Assembly: GCA_964460615.1 (NCBI GenBank) | Contig: CAYWPX010000005.1 | Coordinates: forward strand, 96,843-160,842 | Direction: 5' to 3' | Origin: an uncultured Planctomycetia bacterium | GTDB taxonomy: Bacteria; Omnitrophota; Gorgyraeia; CAYWPX01 | Length of the DNA: 64,000 nt | Shown here: positions 46,024 to 55,555 of the stretch, piece by piece | How positions within the stretch are numbered: position 1 is the stretch's first letter | How the letters are laid out: each line of letters starts with the position of its first letter | The notes under the pieces: model-generated | What the model was told of the DNA's origin: nothing | The model's database searches: none | The model's input: only the letters and a program-made list of their open reading frames with translations | Program-made: the position numbers and the translations under genes

Positions 46024-46660
46024 AGGCGATCGACTCAAAAATTCTCTTAAAGCTTTCTACCAGGCTCGGCATAATGTCTTTAAGATCAAGAGTGTCATCA
46101 TTGATAATTTTTGCTAAAGACGTTGCCTTGCAATTTTTAATTCCGCACGAATTTATCATGTCAAAATATTTTAGATCATTTTTTATATTAATACTCATCC
46201 CATGATAAGTGCACCAACTGCTTATGCCTACTCCGATAGATGCGATTTTTTCCTCATTTACCCATACGCCCCTAAAACCTTCTTTTGTCTTGGAATATAC
46301 GGCATATTTCTTAAGAAAGTCTATCGCGACGATCTCTAAGGCATTAAGATATTTATGGACATCTTTCCCGTATTTATGAAGGTCAAGGATCGGATAGATA
46401 ACAAACTGGCCTTTACCATGAAAAGTTATATCGCCGCCTCTATCAATTTTTTTTATGTCAATTTTGGATTTTATAAGCTCTTCTTTTGAAACCAATAAAT
46501 TATTATTTTTAGCGGACCGGCCGACGGTAAAAATATTCTTATGTTCCAGCACAAGAAGAGTATCCTGTATCTCATTCCTCTTTCTTTTTTGAAGAAGCTC
46601 TTTTTGTATCATATAAGCCTCATCATAACCGATCAGCCCCAGATCAATAACATCTATCAT
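45992..46660 (-). CDS. lipB: Octanoyl/lipoyl transferase.
   Basis: 'RGGDITFHGKGQFVIYPIL' and 'GVWVNEEKIASIGV' are present. It overlaps lipA. Confidence 0.8.
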   Translation of the reverse strand: MIDVIDLGLIGYDEAYMIQKELLQKRKRNEIQDTLLVLEHKNIFTVGRSAKNNNLLVSKEELIKSKIDIKKIDRGGDITFHGKGQFVIYPILDLHKYGKDVHKYLNALEIVAIDFLKKYAVYSKTKEGFRGVWVNEEKIASIGVGISSWCTYHGMSINIKNDLKYFDMINSCGIKNCKATSLAKIINDDTLDLKDIMPSLVESFKRIFESIAYEYEQISRVA

Positions 46661-48021
46661 AGGGAATGTATCCCTTCACCTAGTCCTATAAATGCGCTCT
46701 CCATGATCATCTCGGAAAGAGTCGGATGAGGGTGTACCGTACTTTTTATCTGATTTAAACCCAAGCCATTTCTTTTTGCTAAAGCAAGCTCTGAAATAAG
46801 GTCAGACGCGCTATGGCCGAAAATATGCGCACCTAGAATTTTTTTTGTTTCTCCGTCAAAAATTATCTTTATGAACCCCTCTTCTTTAAAAATTGCCTGC
46901 GCCTTGCCAAGTGCCGTTAACGGGAATTTTGCAATTTTTGCATTTGGCATAACCTTAGCTTCATCATCTTTTATCCCAATACTGGCTATCTCAGGCTCTG
47001 TATAGATACAATTCGGAACGGACGAATAATCCATTTCTTCGGCCTTACCTAACACATTATCAACTACCGTGACAGCTTCATGGCTCGCTACATGCGCAAG
47101 CATCAACCCACCCTTCACATCTCCTATTGCATAAATACTATCGCAGCTTGTCCTGAGGTATTTATCTACCGATATGGCATCTTTTTCAATATTGACCCCT
47201 ATTTTTTCAAACCCCAGATCCAAGGTATTAGGCTTTCTGCCTATAGAGACAAGAAGCTTATCGATCTCATAAGTTTTACCATTAGACAAAAGGATTTCGT
47301 AGACAAGGCCTTTCTTTTCAAACTTTTCAATTTTTGACTTTGTGAAAACCTCTATTCCCTTCTTCTTAAGGGCCATCTCCAGTTTAATGCTCAATTCTCT
47401 ATCCATATTCGGTATCAATCTATCAAGCATCTCGATAAGCACCACCTTGACGCCGAACCCTGCAAACATATCCGCATATTCCGATCCGATAGCTCCGCCA
47501 CCGATAATAAGAAGACTTTTAGGAAGATCTTTTAGATTAACTATATCATCGCTAGTGAGAACAGATTCACCCATACCATCAAAACAGCTTAGTGTTTTTG
47601 GCTTAGAGCCCGTAGCAATAACGATATTTTTAGCGGCAAATTCCTCATTGTTTAATAAAATTGTATTTTTTGAATTTAGCCGGGCTTTACCGCTCAGAAG
47701 AGTTATCCCTCTGGACTTAAAAAGCGCCTCTATGCCATTTTTAAGCTTCAGGACAATGCTGTCTTTTTTATCTAAAATTTTTGGATAATTGATTTTTAAG
47801 TCGCCTGAAAAAAATCCCAGGGATTCAGATCTTTTTATTTCGCCTATTTGGTGGCTTATTGCTAATAATGCTTTGGTAGGTATACAACCTTTATTAAGAC
47901 ACGTTCCGCCCAGCTCCCTCTCTTCCGCTAAGGCAACTTTCAGGCCTTTCTTAGCAGCATATAAGGCGCCAACATAACCACCGGGCCCGCCCCCGATAAA
48001 GATTATATCAAAATTTTGCAT
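46657..48021 (-). CDS. lpdA: Dihydrolipoyl dehydrogenase.
   Basis: 'FDIIFIGGGPGGYVGA' and 'GGTCLNKGCIPTK' (redox CxxxxC) are present. 454 aa. Confidence 0.9.
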   Translation of the reverse strand: MQNFDIIFIGGGPGGYVGALYAAKKGLKVALAEERELGGTCLNKGCIPTKALLAISHQIGEIKRSESLGFFSGDLKINYPKILDKKDSIVLKLKNGIEALFKSRGITLLSGKARLNSKNTILLNNEEFAAKNIVIATGSKPKTLSCFDGMGESVLTSDDIVNLKDLPKSLLIIGGGAIGSEYADMFAGFGVKVVLIEMLDRLIPNMDRELSIKLEMALKKKGIEVFTKSKIEKFEKKGLVYEILLSNGKTYEIDKLLVSIGRKPNTLDLGFEKIGVNIEKDAISVDKYLRTSCDSIYAIGDVKGGLMLAHVASHEAVTVVDNVLGKAEEMDYSSVPNCIYTEPEIASIGIKDDEAKVMPNAKIAKFPLTALGKAQAIFKEEGFIKIIFDGETKKILGAHIFGHSASDLISELALAKRNGLGLNQIKSTVHPHPTLSEMIMESAFIGLGEGIHSL

Positions 48022-48034
48022 AGATCTTTTTAGT

Positions 48035-48955
48035 CTATATATTTAAGCTTTTAATAGTATTCCTCACAATATTACACGAATCTTCGAACTGTTTTAATTC
48101 ATCATTATTCAAATTTATTTTAACAATCTCTGACACTCCCGACTTACCTAATTTCACCGGAACTCCGATGTATATATCTTTTTGCCCATATTGGCCATCC
48201 AGATATGCAGAAGCGCATATAACATCCTCTTTGCCTTTAACAATATTCTCCAGCATAACATAGACCGATTGGCTGGGTGCAAAATAAGCACTTCCTGATT
48301 TTAAGAGGCTTACGATCTCAGCTCCCCGGTTTTTTGTTGAAGCAATAAGCTCTTTTAATTTATCGCCGGAAAGCACTTCAGAAATTTTCTTACCTTTGAT
48401 AGTCGTAAACTCCGGTATTACCACCATAGAATCGCCATGGCTTCCCAAAACATAGCTCTTTACATCTTTAAGCGATACATCTATTTTGGTTTTAAGTATC
48501 GAACCTAATCTCGCCGAATCTAACACTCCTGCCATACCGAAAACTCTTTTCTGGTCAAAACCCGTAACCTTCCACGCCAGATATGTCATAACATCAAGGG
48601 GGTTGGTGACCACGATAACTATTGATTTATTTGCATATTCTTTTATCTTTAAAGAAATAGCTCTTACAACATCAGCATTCTTTTGTAACAGATCTTCCCT
48701 TGTCATACCGGGCTTCCTGGCAAAACCAGCGGTTATCACAACAAAATCCGATCCTTCGATAAATTTATAGTCACTGGTCCCTAATACTTTTTTATCAATA
48801 CCAAGCGTTGCCAGGCTATCTTCAATATCAAGAGCCTTGCCTTTGGCAATATCACCATCTATATCAACCATCACTACATCCGCTAGATCATTTTCAGCAA
48901 TTCTCATAGCCAAAGTTGACCCTACTGCCCCTGCACCTATAACTGAAATCTTCAT
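48035..48955 (-). CDS. mdh: Malate dehydrogenase (LDH-like MDH family).
   Basis: 'MKISVIGAGAVGSTLA', 'VVITAGFARKPGMTREDL' and 'VTNPLDV' are present. 306 aa. Confidence 0.85.
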   Translation of the reverse strand: MKISVIGAGAVGSTLAMRIAENDLADVVMVDIDGDIAKGKALDIEDSLATLGIDKKVLGTSDYKFIEGSDFVVITAGFARKPGMTREDLLQKNADVVRAISLKIKEYANKSIVIVVTNPLDVMTYLAWKVTGFDQKRVFGMAGVLDSARLGSILKTKIDVSLKDVKSYVLGSHGDSMVVIPEFTTIKGKKISEVLSGDKLKELIASTKNRGAEIVSLLKSGSAYFAPSQSVYVMLENIVKGKEDVICASAYLDGQYGQKDIYIGVPVKLGKSGVSEIVKINLNNDELKQFEDSCNIVRNTIKSLNI

Positions 48956-48961
48956 ATTTAA

Positions 48962-49034
48962 AATCTTTTCTGTATGGCGTCTTGCGTATTTCGTACGGCG
49001 TTTTTACGCAGTACTACGTACGTTGTACGCGCTA
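48962..49034. repeat. Intergenic repeat element copy 1 (conserved 9-bp-stem hairpin GTACGGCGT...ACGCNGTAC flanked by CGTACG-type palindromes).
   Basis: 'ttgcgtatttcgtacggcgtttttacgcagtactacgtacgttgtacgcgctactat' shares blocks (ttgcgta, gtacggcgttttt, acgc.gtac, tacgttgtac, ctat) with the copy at 63516-63579. Confidence 0.55.
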
Positions 49035-50126
49035 CTATAAATTTGCCTTTATCTCTTCAACAATCGCATCCGCCATCTCTTTTGTTCCCACAGCCGACGG
49101 ATCACGTCTATCCTCTTTAAGGTCATATGTAACAGATTTATTATCTTTTATTACCTTTGCTATGGCATTTTCCAAAATCATTGCACCTTTTTCCAGCTTC
49201 ATATGCCTAAGCATCAATACTGCCGAAAATATCATAGCACACGGATTCACCTTATTTAAACCTGCATATTTAGGCGCAGACCCATGCGTAGGCTCAAACA
49301 ACGCCGCATCATCCCCTATATTGGCTCCCGGAGCAACGCCAAGACCGCCTATAAGCCCGGCACAAAGATCGGAAACAATATCTCCGTACAAATTAGGAAG
49401 GACCAATACATCATAATCCTCGGGCTTCTGAACTAGCTGCATGCACATATTATCAACTATCCTATCTTCAAACGCAACCTTCCCTTCATATTCCTTGGCA
49501 ACCGATCTCGCTACTTCAAGGAATAATCCGTCAGTAAATTTCATGATATTTGCTTTATGAACTGCTGTAACTTTTTTGCGGTTATTTTTTATGGCATATT
49601 CAAAAGCAAATTTGACAATTCTCTTCGTTCCTTCGATCGAAATAGGTTTTATGCTTATCGCAGAACCTTTGCGGATCTTTTTCGAGCTTAGGTCCTCAAT
49701 TTTAGCTATAAGATCAAGTGTTCCGGCCTCACCTTCTTTAAATTCTATACCGGCATAGAGATCCTCTGTATTCTCTCTTACTATAACTAGGTTGATATCC
49801 CTGTATTTCGACCTTACGCCCTCATACGATCTGCATGGCCTGAGGCATGCATAAAGATCGAGGCTCTTTCTTAGTTCCACATTTACGCTTCTAAAACCTG
49901 AACCAACAGGCGTCTCAATGGGCCCTTTTATGGCAACTTTATTTTTTCTTATAGAATCCAGGACATCTTTCGGCAAAGGTGTCCCGTATTTTCCGATGCA
50001 TTCGGCGCCGGCAATCTTTATTTCCCATTCAATACCCAGTCCCAAAGCGTCTACACAACGCATTGTGGCATTACTTATCTCCGGGCCTATACCATCACCT
50101 GGTATTAATGTTACGATTTTTTTCAT
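49035..50126 (-). CDS. Isocitrate / isopropylmalate dehydrogenase family enzyme (closest by motif to NAD-dependent IDH / homoisocitrate DH).
   Basis: '[13 protein letters not shown]', '[19 protein letters not shown]', '[14 protein letters not shown]' and '[19 protein letters not shown]' are present. 363 aa. Confidence 0.8.
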   Translation of the reverse strand: MKKIVTLIPGDGIGPEISNATMRCVDALGLGIEWEIKIAGAECIGKYGTPLPKDVLDSIRKNKVAIKGPIETPVGSGFRSVNVELRKSLDLYACLRPCRSYEGVRSKYRDINLVIVRENTEDLYAGIEFKEGEAGTLDLIAKIEDLSSKKIRKGSAISIKPISIEGTKRIVKFAFEYAIKNNRKKVTAVHKANIMKFTDGLFLEVARSVAKEYEGKVAFEDRIVDNMCMQLVQKPEDYDVLVLPNLYGDIVSDLCAGLIGGLGVAPGANIGDDAALFEPTHGSAPKYAGLNKVNPCAMIFSAVLMLRHMKLEKGAMILENAIAKVIKDNKSVTYDLKEDRRDPSAVGTKEMADAIVEEIKANL

Positions 50127-50138
50127 TATAATCTCCTA

Positions 50139-50633
50139 CTAAAAATCTAGGCTTCCGTGTTTTTTAAGATAATTAATTACACCGCCTTCTTTAAGCAGTT
50201 TTTGCATTACTTCGGGAATAGCCTTGATAGGTATCTCCATATTTTTTGTCTTATTTATCAGTTTTTTATTTATCAGATCCAGGTCCAATTCATCACCTTC
50301 GTCGATCTTATCGGTATCGCATTCAACCAAAGGCAGCCCCAAATTAAAAGCATTCCTGTAAAATATCCTTGCAAAATCTTTAGCTAACACCGCCACAACC
50401 CCTGCCTCTTTTATTACTATAGGCGCTTGTTCTCTTGAAGAACCCATCCCAAAATTTTTCCCCGCAACAATAAAAGACATTCCGGGTTTAAGTTTAGAGT
50501 AAAAATTCGGATCTATATCCTCAAAAATATGCTTAGCAAGTTCTTTGGGGTCGGTCACAAAAAATTTATATCTTCCTGAAATTACATAATCTGTATTGAT
50601 ATCGTTACCTAATTTATACGCAAACCCATTCAT
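50139..50633 (-). CDS. leuD: Aconitase-family small subunit (LeuD-like 3-isopropylmalate dehydratase small subunit).
   Basis: 'TDYVISGRY' and '[27 protein letters not shown]' are present. 164 aa. Confidence 0.75.
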   Translation of the reverse strand: MNGFAYKLGNDINTDYVISGRYKFFVTDPKELAKHIFEDIDPNFYSKLKPGMSFIVAGKNFGMGSSREQAPIVIKEAGVVAVLAKDFARIFYRNAFNLGLPLVECDTDKIDEGDELDLDLINKKLINKTKNMEIPIKAIPEVMQKLLKEGGVINYLKKHGSLDF

Positions 50634-50709
50634 AATATTACCTCTAAATTTATTTCGGTTTCCGGTTTTCGGTTTACGTTAACCGTTCACCGATAACCCC
50701 TAACCTTTT

Positions 50710-51966
50710 TTATTTCAAAAACTTCCTCGGGTCCGTCATCGCGCCTTTAATTGCTGAGGCAACTACCGTAGCCGGGCTAGCAAGATAAATAAATCCCTTA
50801 GGATTACCCATTCTGCCCTTAAAATTCCTGTTGGCAGTAGATATGCAGACCTCTTCGTCCGCCAAAATCCCTTCATGCGTCCCAACGCAAGGCCCGCATC
50901 CAGGAGCAACTAAAGATGCCCCTGCCTTCACAAATGCCTCAATATAACCTTTCTTCAAAGCTTCAAGGTAGATCTCTCTTGAGGCAGGCGCAACAACCAA
51001 CCTAACGTCTTTATGGACTTTTTTACCTTTTAAGATTTTTGCCCCGATTTCCAGATCGCATAATCTTCCGTTAGTGCATGTTCCCAAAAAGGCCTGGTGT
51101 ATCTTAGTTCCCTCCATAGCCTCGATTGCTGCATTATTATCAACTGTATGGGGTTTTGCGATCTGAGGCGAAAGCTTTGACACATCTATTTCCACAACAT
51201 CGCAATATTTTGCATCTTTATCCGCACTGACCGGGTGAGGCTTTCTTGTAGAGTGTTTTTTTACCCAATCAAGGACCTTCTTATCGGCTTCCATAAGCCC
51301 GCATTTCCCGCCCATCTCAACAGCCATATTGGAAATAGTAAATCTCTCATCGACGCTCAAGGTCTCTATTGCATTGCCATAAAATTCCGCAGATTTATAC
51401 GTACAACCATTTGCTCCGACTTTTCCAATTATATGAAGTATTATGTCTTTTGCGTATACTCCTTTTGGAAGATTCCCTTTAACTATAAATTTCATAGTTT
51501 CCGGGACCTTGAACCAATTCTTCCCAGTTGCCACAGTAATAGCTAAATCTGTAGAACCAACGCCTGTTGAAAAAACGTTCATTGCGCCGTAAGTACATGT
51601 ATGAGAATCGGCCCCCAAAACGAGATCCCCCGGCACTACATGCCCTTCCTGAGGAACTAACTGATGACAGACCCCGCATCCAACGTCATAAAGCCCAACT
51701 GAATACTTATCGGCAAACTCTCTCATCTTTTTATGAACTTTAGATGCTCCCTCATTGGGACTTGGCGCGCTATGATCAATGATCATGTAAAACTTATTTT
51801 TATTGAAGGCTTTTTTTGCCCCAAGCTCCTTAAATCTGTCAATTATAATCCCGCTTGTTCCGTCCTGGCCCAGACAAAAATCCACATCACATATTCCGAT
51901 ATCTCCGGCCCTTAAATCTTTTTTTGCATGACTGCTTAAGATCTTTTCTGCTATTGTTTTACCCAT
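50710..51966 (-). CDS. leuC: Aconitase-family large subunit (LeuC-like 3-isopropylmalate/homoaconitate dehydratase).
   Basis: 'TIAEKIL', 'GADSHTCTYGA', 'LGTCTNGR' and 'PGCGPCVGTHEG' (Fe-S ligands) are present. 418 aa. Confidence 0.8.
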   Translation of the reverse strand: MGKTIAEKILSSHAKKDLRAGDIGICDVDFCLGQDGTSGIIIDRFKELGAKKAFNKNKFYMIIDHSAPSPNEGASKVHKKMREFADKYSVGLYDVGCGVCHQLVPQEGHVVPGDLVLGADSHTCTYGAMNVFSTGVGSTDLAITVATGKNWFKVPETMKFIVKGNLPKGVYAKDIILHIIGKVGANGCTYKSAEFYGNAIETLSVDERFTISNMAVEMGGKCGLMEADKKVLDWVKKHSTRKPHPVSADKDAKYCDVVEIDVSKLSPQIAKPHTVDNNAAIEAMEGTKIHQAFLGTCTNGRLCDLEIGAKILKGKKVHKDVRLVVAPASREIYLEALKKGYIEAFVKAGASLVAPGCGPCVGTHEGILADEEVCISTANRNFKGRMGNPKGFIYLASPATVVASAIKGAMTDPRKFLK

Positions 51967-53117
51967 TTTTCTATCCTATCCAATCCTTTTTGAATGTTTT
52001 CCATACTGGTGGCAAAACTGAATCTTATATGCGTATCCCAGCCAAATGGCCCTCCCGGGATAACCGCCACCTTGGCCTCTTCTAATAACTTGGAACAAAA
52101 TTTAAGCGAATCCATCCCAAAACTTGAAATATCCGAAAAAACGTAAAATGCCCCTTCGGGATTTGATGCTTTAAAACCTTTGATCGAATTTAGCTTATTA
52201 ACCATATAATCACGTCTTTTAACGAACTCTTTGACCATAGTTTTGACAAAACTCTGATCTCCTTTCATAGCCTCCAAAGCTGCAGCCTGGCTTATTGAGG
52301 TAGGATTTGATGTCGTATGATCCTGAATATTCGATATAGCACTTGCAATCTCTTTAGAGCACCCAAGATAACCTATTCTCCAACCCGTCATAGAGTAACT
52401 TTTCGAAACACCGTTAACCGTAATCGTCCTGTCAAAAACATCCTTATCTAAAGATGCGATCGAAACGATCTTTTTATCGGTATAACTGATCTTTTCATAT
52501 ATCTCGTCGCTAATAATATAAAAATCATTTTCTTTAGCAAGCCTTGCTATAAATTTTAACTCGTCCTCACTATAAATCGATCCTGTCGGGTTTGAGGGGC
52601 TATTTAAGATCAAAAGCTTTGTTCTGGATGTAATATTTGTTTTTAAATCTTTTTCAGTCAGCCTGAATCCATTGGCTTCGCTTGTCTTTACGATAACGTT
52701 CTTTGCACCGGCAAGCATTACCATTTCCGGATAACTTAGCCAATAAGGAGAAGGGATTATAACCTCATCCCCTTCTTCGCATATGGCAAAGATAGCATTA
52801 TATATACTATGCTTTGCTCCGCAAGAAACAATGATCTGTGACGGTTCATAGATCAGGTTATTATCAACCTTGAATTTCTCGCAAACAGCCTGTTTTAACT
52901 CCAATATTCCGGTTGAAGGGGTATACTTGGTTTTCCCTTTATCAATAGCATCCTTTCCGGCATTTTTAATGCTTTGAGGGGTATCGTAATCAGGCTCCCC
53001 GGCACCAAAACTAACGATATCTATGCCTTCCTGGCGCATCTTATTGGCCTTTGAAGTAATGCCCAGGGTTGCTGACGGTTTTACTAAAGTAGCTCTTTTT
53101 GATAATACTTTTTTCAT
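51951..53117 (-). CDS. Class I PLP-dependent aminotransferase (aspartate aminotransferase-like).
   Basis: 'NSPSNPTGS' and 'SKSYSMTGWRIGY' (PLP lysine) are present. 388 aa. Confidence 0.8.
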   Translation of the reverse strand: MKKVLSKRATLVKPSATLGITSKANKMRQEGIDIVSFGAGEPDYDTPQSIKNAGKDAIDKGKTKYTPSTGILELKQAVCEKFKVDNNLIYEPSQIIVSCGAKHSIYNAIFAICEEGDEVIIPSPYWLSYPEMVMLAGAKNVIVKTSEANGFRLTEKDLKTNITSRTKLLILNSPSNPTGSIYSEDELKFIARLAKENDFYIISDEIYEKISYTDKKIVSIASLDKDVFDRTITVNGVSKSYSMTGWRIGYLGCSKEIASAISNIQDHTTSNPTSISQAAALEAMKGDQSFVKTMVKEFVKRRDYMVNKLNSIKGFKASNPEGAFYVFSDISSFGMDSLKFCSKLLEEAKVAVIPGGPFGWDTHIRFSFATSMENIQKGLDRIEKWVKQ

Positions 53118-53230
53118 GGTTTTTTACTCTCTATTTAACCAAAACTTACTAATATATTAATGGAAATTTTGGATCAATGATAATTTAATTAAGAATAAGA
53201 ATTTTATCACAAAATTGCCGTATTTACAAT

Positions 53231-53263
53231 AAAAAAATGTCCCCCTATTTAAGGGGGACATTT
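53231..53263 (-). terminator. Rho-independent terminator after the PrsA-like gene.
   Basis: Perfect inverted repeat atgtccccct / agggggacat (53238-53261) is followed on the minus strand by a 7-T run (A-run 53231-53237). Confidence 0.65.
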
Positions 53264-53290
53264 GATGATCTGATTATATAACCAGCGTTA

Positions 53291-54340
53291 TTACTTTCCG
53301 CTTACTGGTTGATTTGGAACATTGCTAGGAGCTACCGGAGCCACAGCAGGAGGCTTCACTGGAGTCACCTGGATATCCCCTTGCGGGCCACTAACACCGG
53401 GAGCAATAGGCATATTCATATTTACCGGTTCTTCTTTTTTCTCATCGAGAAAAGCCTGATTAATATCTATCTTTTGGCCTTTTTTGAGAGATTCAATAAG
53501 CCCGTCATAAGCCTTCATTTGATTTTCTACAGTAAGTCTATTTTTAATATCCTGCTCAACATCTTTAAAATCTTTTTTAGCGGATTCCTTCTTGTCGGTA
53601 AGCTTAATAATATGGTAACCTAAAGCAGTTTTTACAACCGCACTTACATCCCCTACTTTCATCTTACTCACAGCGTCTTCAAATTCAGGCACCAGGTCAC
53701 CTTTGGAAAAATAACCTATATCACCCTCTTTATCCCTTGAACCAGGATCTTCAGATTTCTCTTTGGCCACCTTCCCGAAATCAGCACCTGCTTTTAGTTC
53801 AGCCAAAACTGCATTAGCTTCAGCTTCGCTCTTTAAAAGAATATGAGAAGCTTTGAATTTCTCCGGATCTTTAAACTGATCGGCATTTGAGTCATAATAT
53901 GCTTTTACGGCTTCGTCAGTGATCTTTACTTTATCAAGCACCTTGTCTTTTAAAAGCTGCTGGACCATAAGTTCGTCTTTGGCTTTTTCCATATATTTTT
54001 TTACTTCAGGGGAATTTTCAAGATTCTCTTTCTTTGCCTCAGCTATAAGAAGCTTTTTATTAACTAGGCTATTAAGAAACTCTTTTCTGTTCTGTTTTGC
54101 AATAGCCTGGTAGGCTTGCGGTAAAGACTGTATCTCATCCTCAAATTCCTGCTTTGTTATTACCTCATCACCGACGGAAGCAATAACGTCTTTCTTATCC
54201 ACTGATGATGCTTTTTTTGATACAGATTCTGTAGCTTTCTTGCCAGAACAACCATAGAAACATAAACCGATTGCTGCTAAAACAAATACTACCAACAAAT
54301 ACTTATCCCATGAAACACTCGCAGGACTATTTTTCTGCAT
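53291..54340 (-). CDS. PpiC-type peptidyl-prolyl cis-trans isomerase lipoprotein (PrsA/SurA-like foldase).
   Basis: 'LCFYGCSG' is the lipobox. The parvulin domain is 'FKASHILLKSEAEANAVLAELKAGADFGKVAKEKSEDPGSRDKEGDIGYFSKGDLVPEFEDAV'. Confidence 0.75.
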   Translation of the reverse strand: MQKNSPASVSWDKYLLVVFVLAAIGLCFYGCSGKKATESVSKKASSVDKKDVIASVGDEVITKQEFEDEIQSLPQAYQAIAKQNRKEFLNSLVNKKLLIAEAKKENLENSPEVKKYMEKAKDELMVQQLLKDKVLDKVKITDEAVKAYYDSNADQFKDPEKFKASHILLKSEAEANAVLAELKAGADFGKVAKEKSEDPGSRDKEGDIGYFSKGDLVPEFEDAVSKMKVGDVSAVVKTALGYHIIKLTDKKESAKKDFKDVEQDIKNRLTVENQMKAYDGLIESLKKGQKIDINQAFLDEKKEEPVNMNMPIAPGVSGPQGDIQVTPVKPPAVAPVAPSNVPNQPVSGK

Positions 54341-54361
54341 TTTTTCCCTCCATTTTAAATT

Positions 54362-55525
54362 TTAATAACAAACTCTATTTCTGCCTTCTTGTTTTGCCTT
54401 ATACAAAGCCTCATCAGCAATTTTTATAAGATCGTCTTTGGTAATCTTTTCACCTCCGGGGAAATTTTTTATACCTATACCAATACTCGCATGCACAGTA
54501 AGGGGTTTGCCATGGACCATAAATTTGAAATCTCCGATCGCTTTCCTTATCTGCTCTGCCTTGTAAAGAGCTCCGCCGGCTTCGTGGGAAATCTCTTTTT
54601 CATGCTCCGCTTCACCAAGGCTCGTTTCAGGCAAAATCACTGCAAATTCTTCGCCGCCATATCTTGCCGATAGGTCAACAACCCTTACGCTTCTTTTTAT
54701 CAAATGGGCGATCTGCTTAAGAACAATATCACCAACCTGATGGCCATAGGTATCGTTTATGTTCTTAAAATGGTCTATATCTATCATTAGAAGGCTCACA
54801 GGGTATTTATATCGATCGCTTCTAGCAACTTCCTGTGCTAACCTAGTCTCAAAATATGCATGATTATAGATCCTGGTTAAACGATCCAATACAGCCAATT
54901 CCGACTGAACAGCCGATCCTAAAGCAATTGACGCCTCGGAAGCAAGCGCATTGAGCAGTTTATCCTCATTTCTAAGATATCTGAAGCTTGATTCATCACA
55001 AAAAATATTTATTATACCCATTAACTCCGATTCAACAAAAAGCGGAATTGAAATAAGACGATCGGACTCTCCAAGATATTTCAATTTATCGGCCTTAAAA
55101 AATTTATAAGGAACCGCATCTATACCGTCAAAGTATAAAATGGATTTATCTTTTTTTACAGTTTTAATAAAGTCGTCATCATTTGACAGGTTCGGTGATT
55201 CAAGCATGGTAACATCCATATTGAATCCCGCTTCATATTCATAGAGATTGGAATTATAATCAAACAAATATAAAAATGTAACGCTGGGATTACGCTCTGT
55301 CTTGGAAAGTTCGCCGAAAATCTCTATCATAAGCCTTAAAAGCTTATTTTTACTTAGAGCGGAACTTAATATCTGGCCGGTCTCTATAAGGTAGGAAAGC
55401 TGCGCCTCTTTACGTTTAAACTCTACAAGGATCTCTTCGTAGCGTTTATTCGATGATACAAGACGGAAAAAAATCACTGACAGGATTACCAATGAAATCC
55501 CTAGTATGACTAAGCTTATTATCAT
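54362..55525 (-). CDS. GAF-GGDEF diguanylate cyclase (membrane-anchored) with intact A-site and I-site.
   Basis: 'RVVDLSARYGGEEFAVILP' has the RxxD I-site 5 aa before GGEEF. 'DIDHFKNINDTYGHQVGD' is present. There is an N-terminal TM helix. Confidence 0.8.
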   Translation of the reverse strand: MIISLVILGISLVILSVIFFRLVSSNKRYEEILVEFKRKEAQLSYLIETGQILSSALSKNKLLRLMIEIFGELSKTERNPSVTFLYLFDYNSNLYEYEAGFNMDVTMLESPNLSNDDDFIKTVKKDKSILYFDGIDAVPYKFFKADKLKYLGESDRLISIPLFVESELMGIINIFCDESSFRYLRNEDKLLNALASEASIALGSAVQSELAVLDRLTRIYNHAYFETRLAQEVARSDRYKYPVSLLMIDIDHFKNINDTYGHQVGDIVLKQIAHLIKRSVRVVDLSARYGGEEFAVILPETSLGEAEHEKEISHEAGGALYKAEQIRKAIGDFKFMVHGKPLTVHASIGIGIKNFPGGEKITKDDLIKIADEALYKAKQEGRNRVCY

Positions 55526-55555
55526 TTGGTAAAGACCTTATCATTAGTTTATAGT

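Noticed and set aside
46024-46038. LipA start at 46038 giving a 47-nt overlap with lipB.
   Set aside because: The codon at 46036-46038 is TTG. An in-frame ATG at 46023 gives a more typical start, so it was used. The overlap with lipB remains 32 nt, so the exact start is still uncertain.
50634-50709. Spacer between the leuC-like and leuD-like genes with repeated 'cggttt/aaaccg' triplets and a small CGGTT/AACCG hairpin.
   Set aside because: It is too short and simple to interpret. It could be a minor intra-operon stem-loop and is not reported as a feature.
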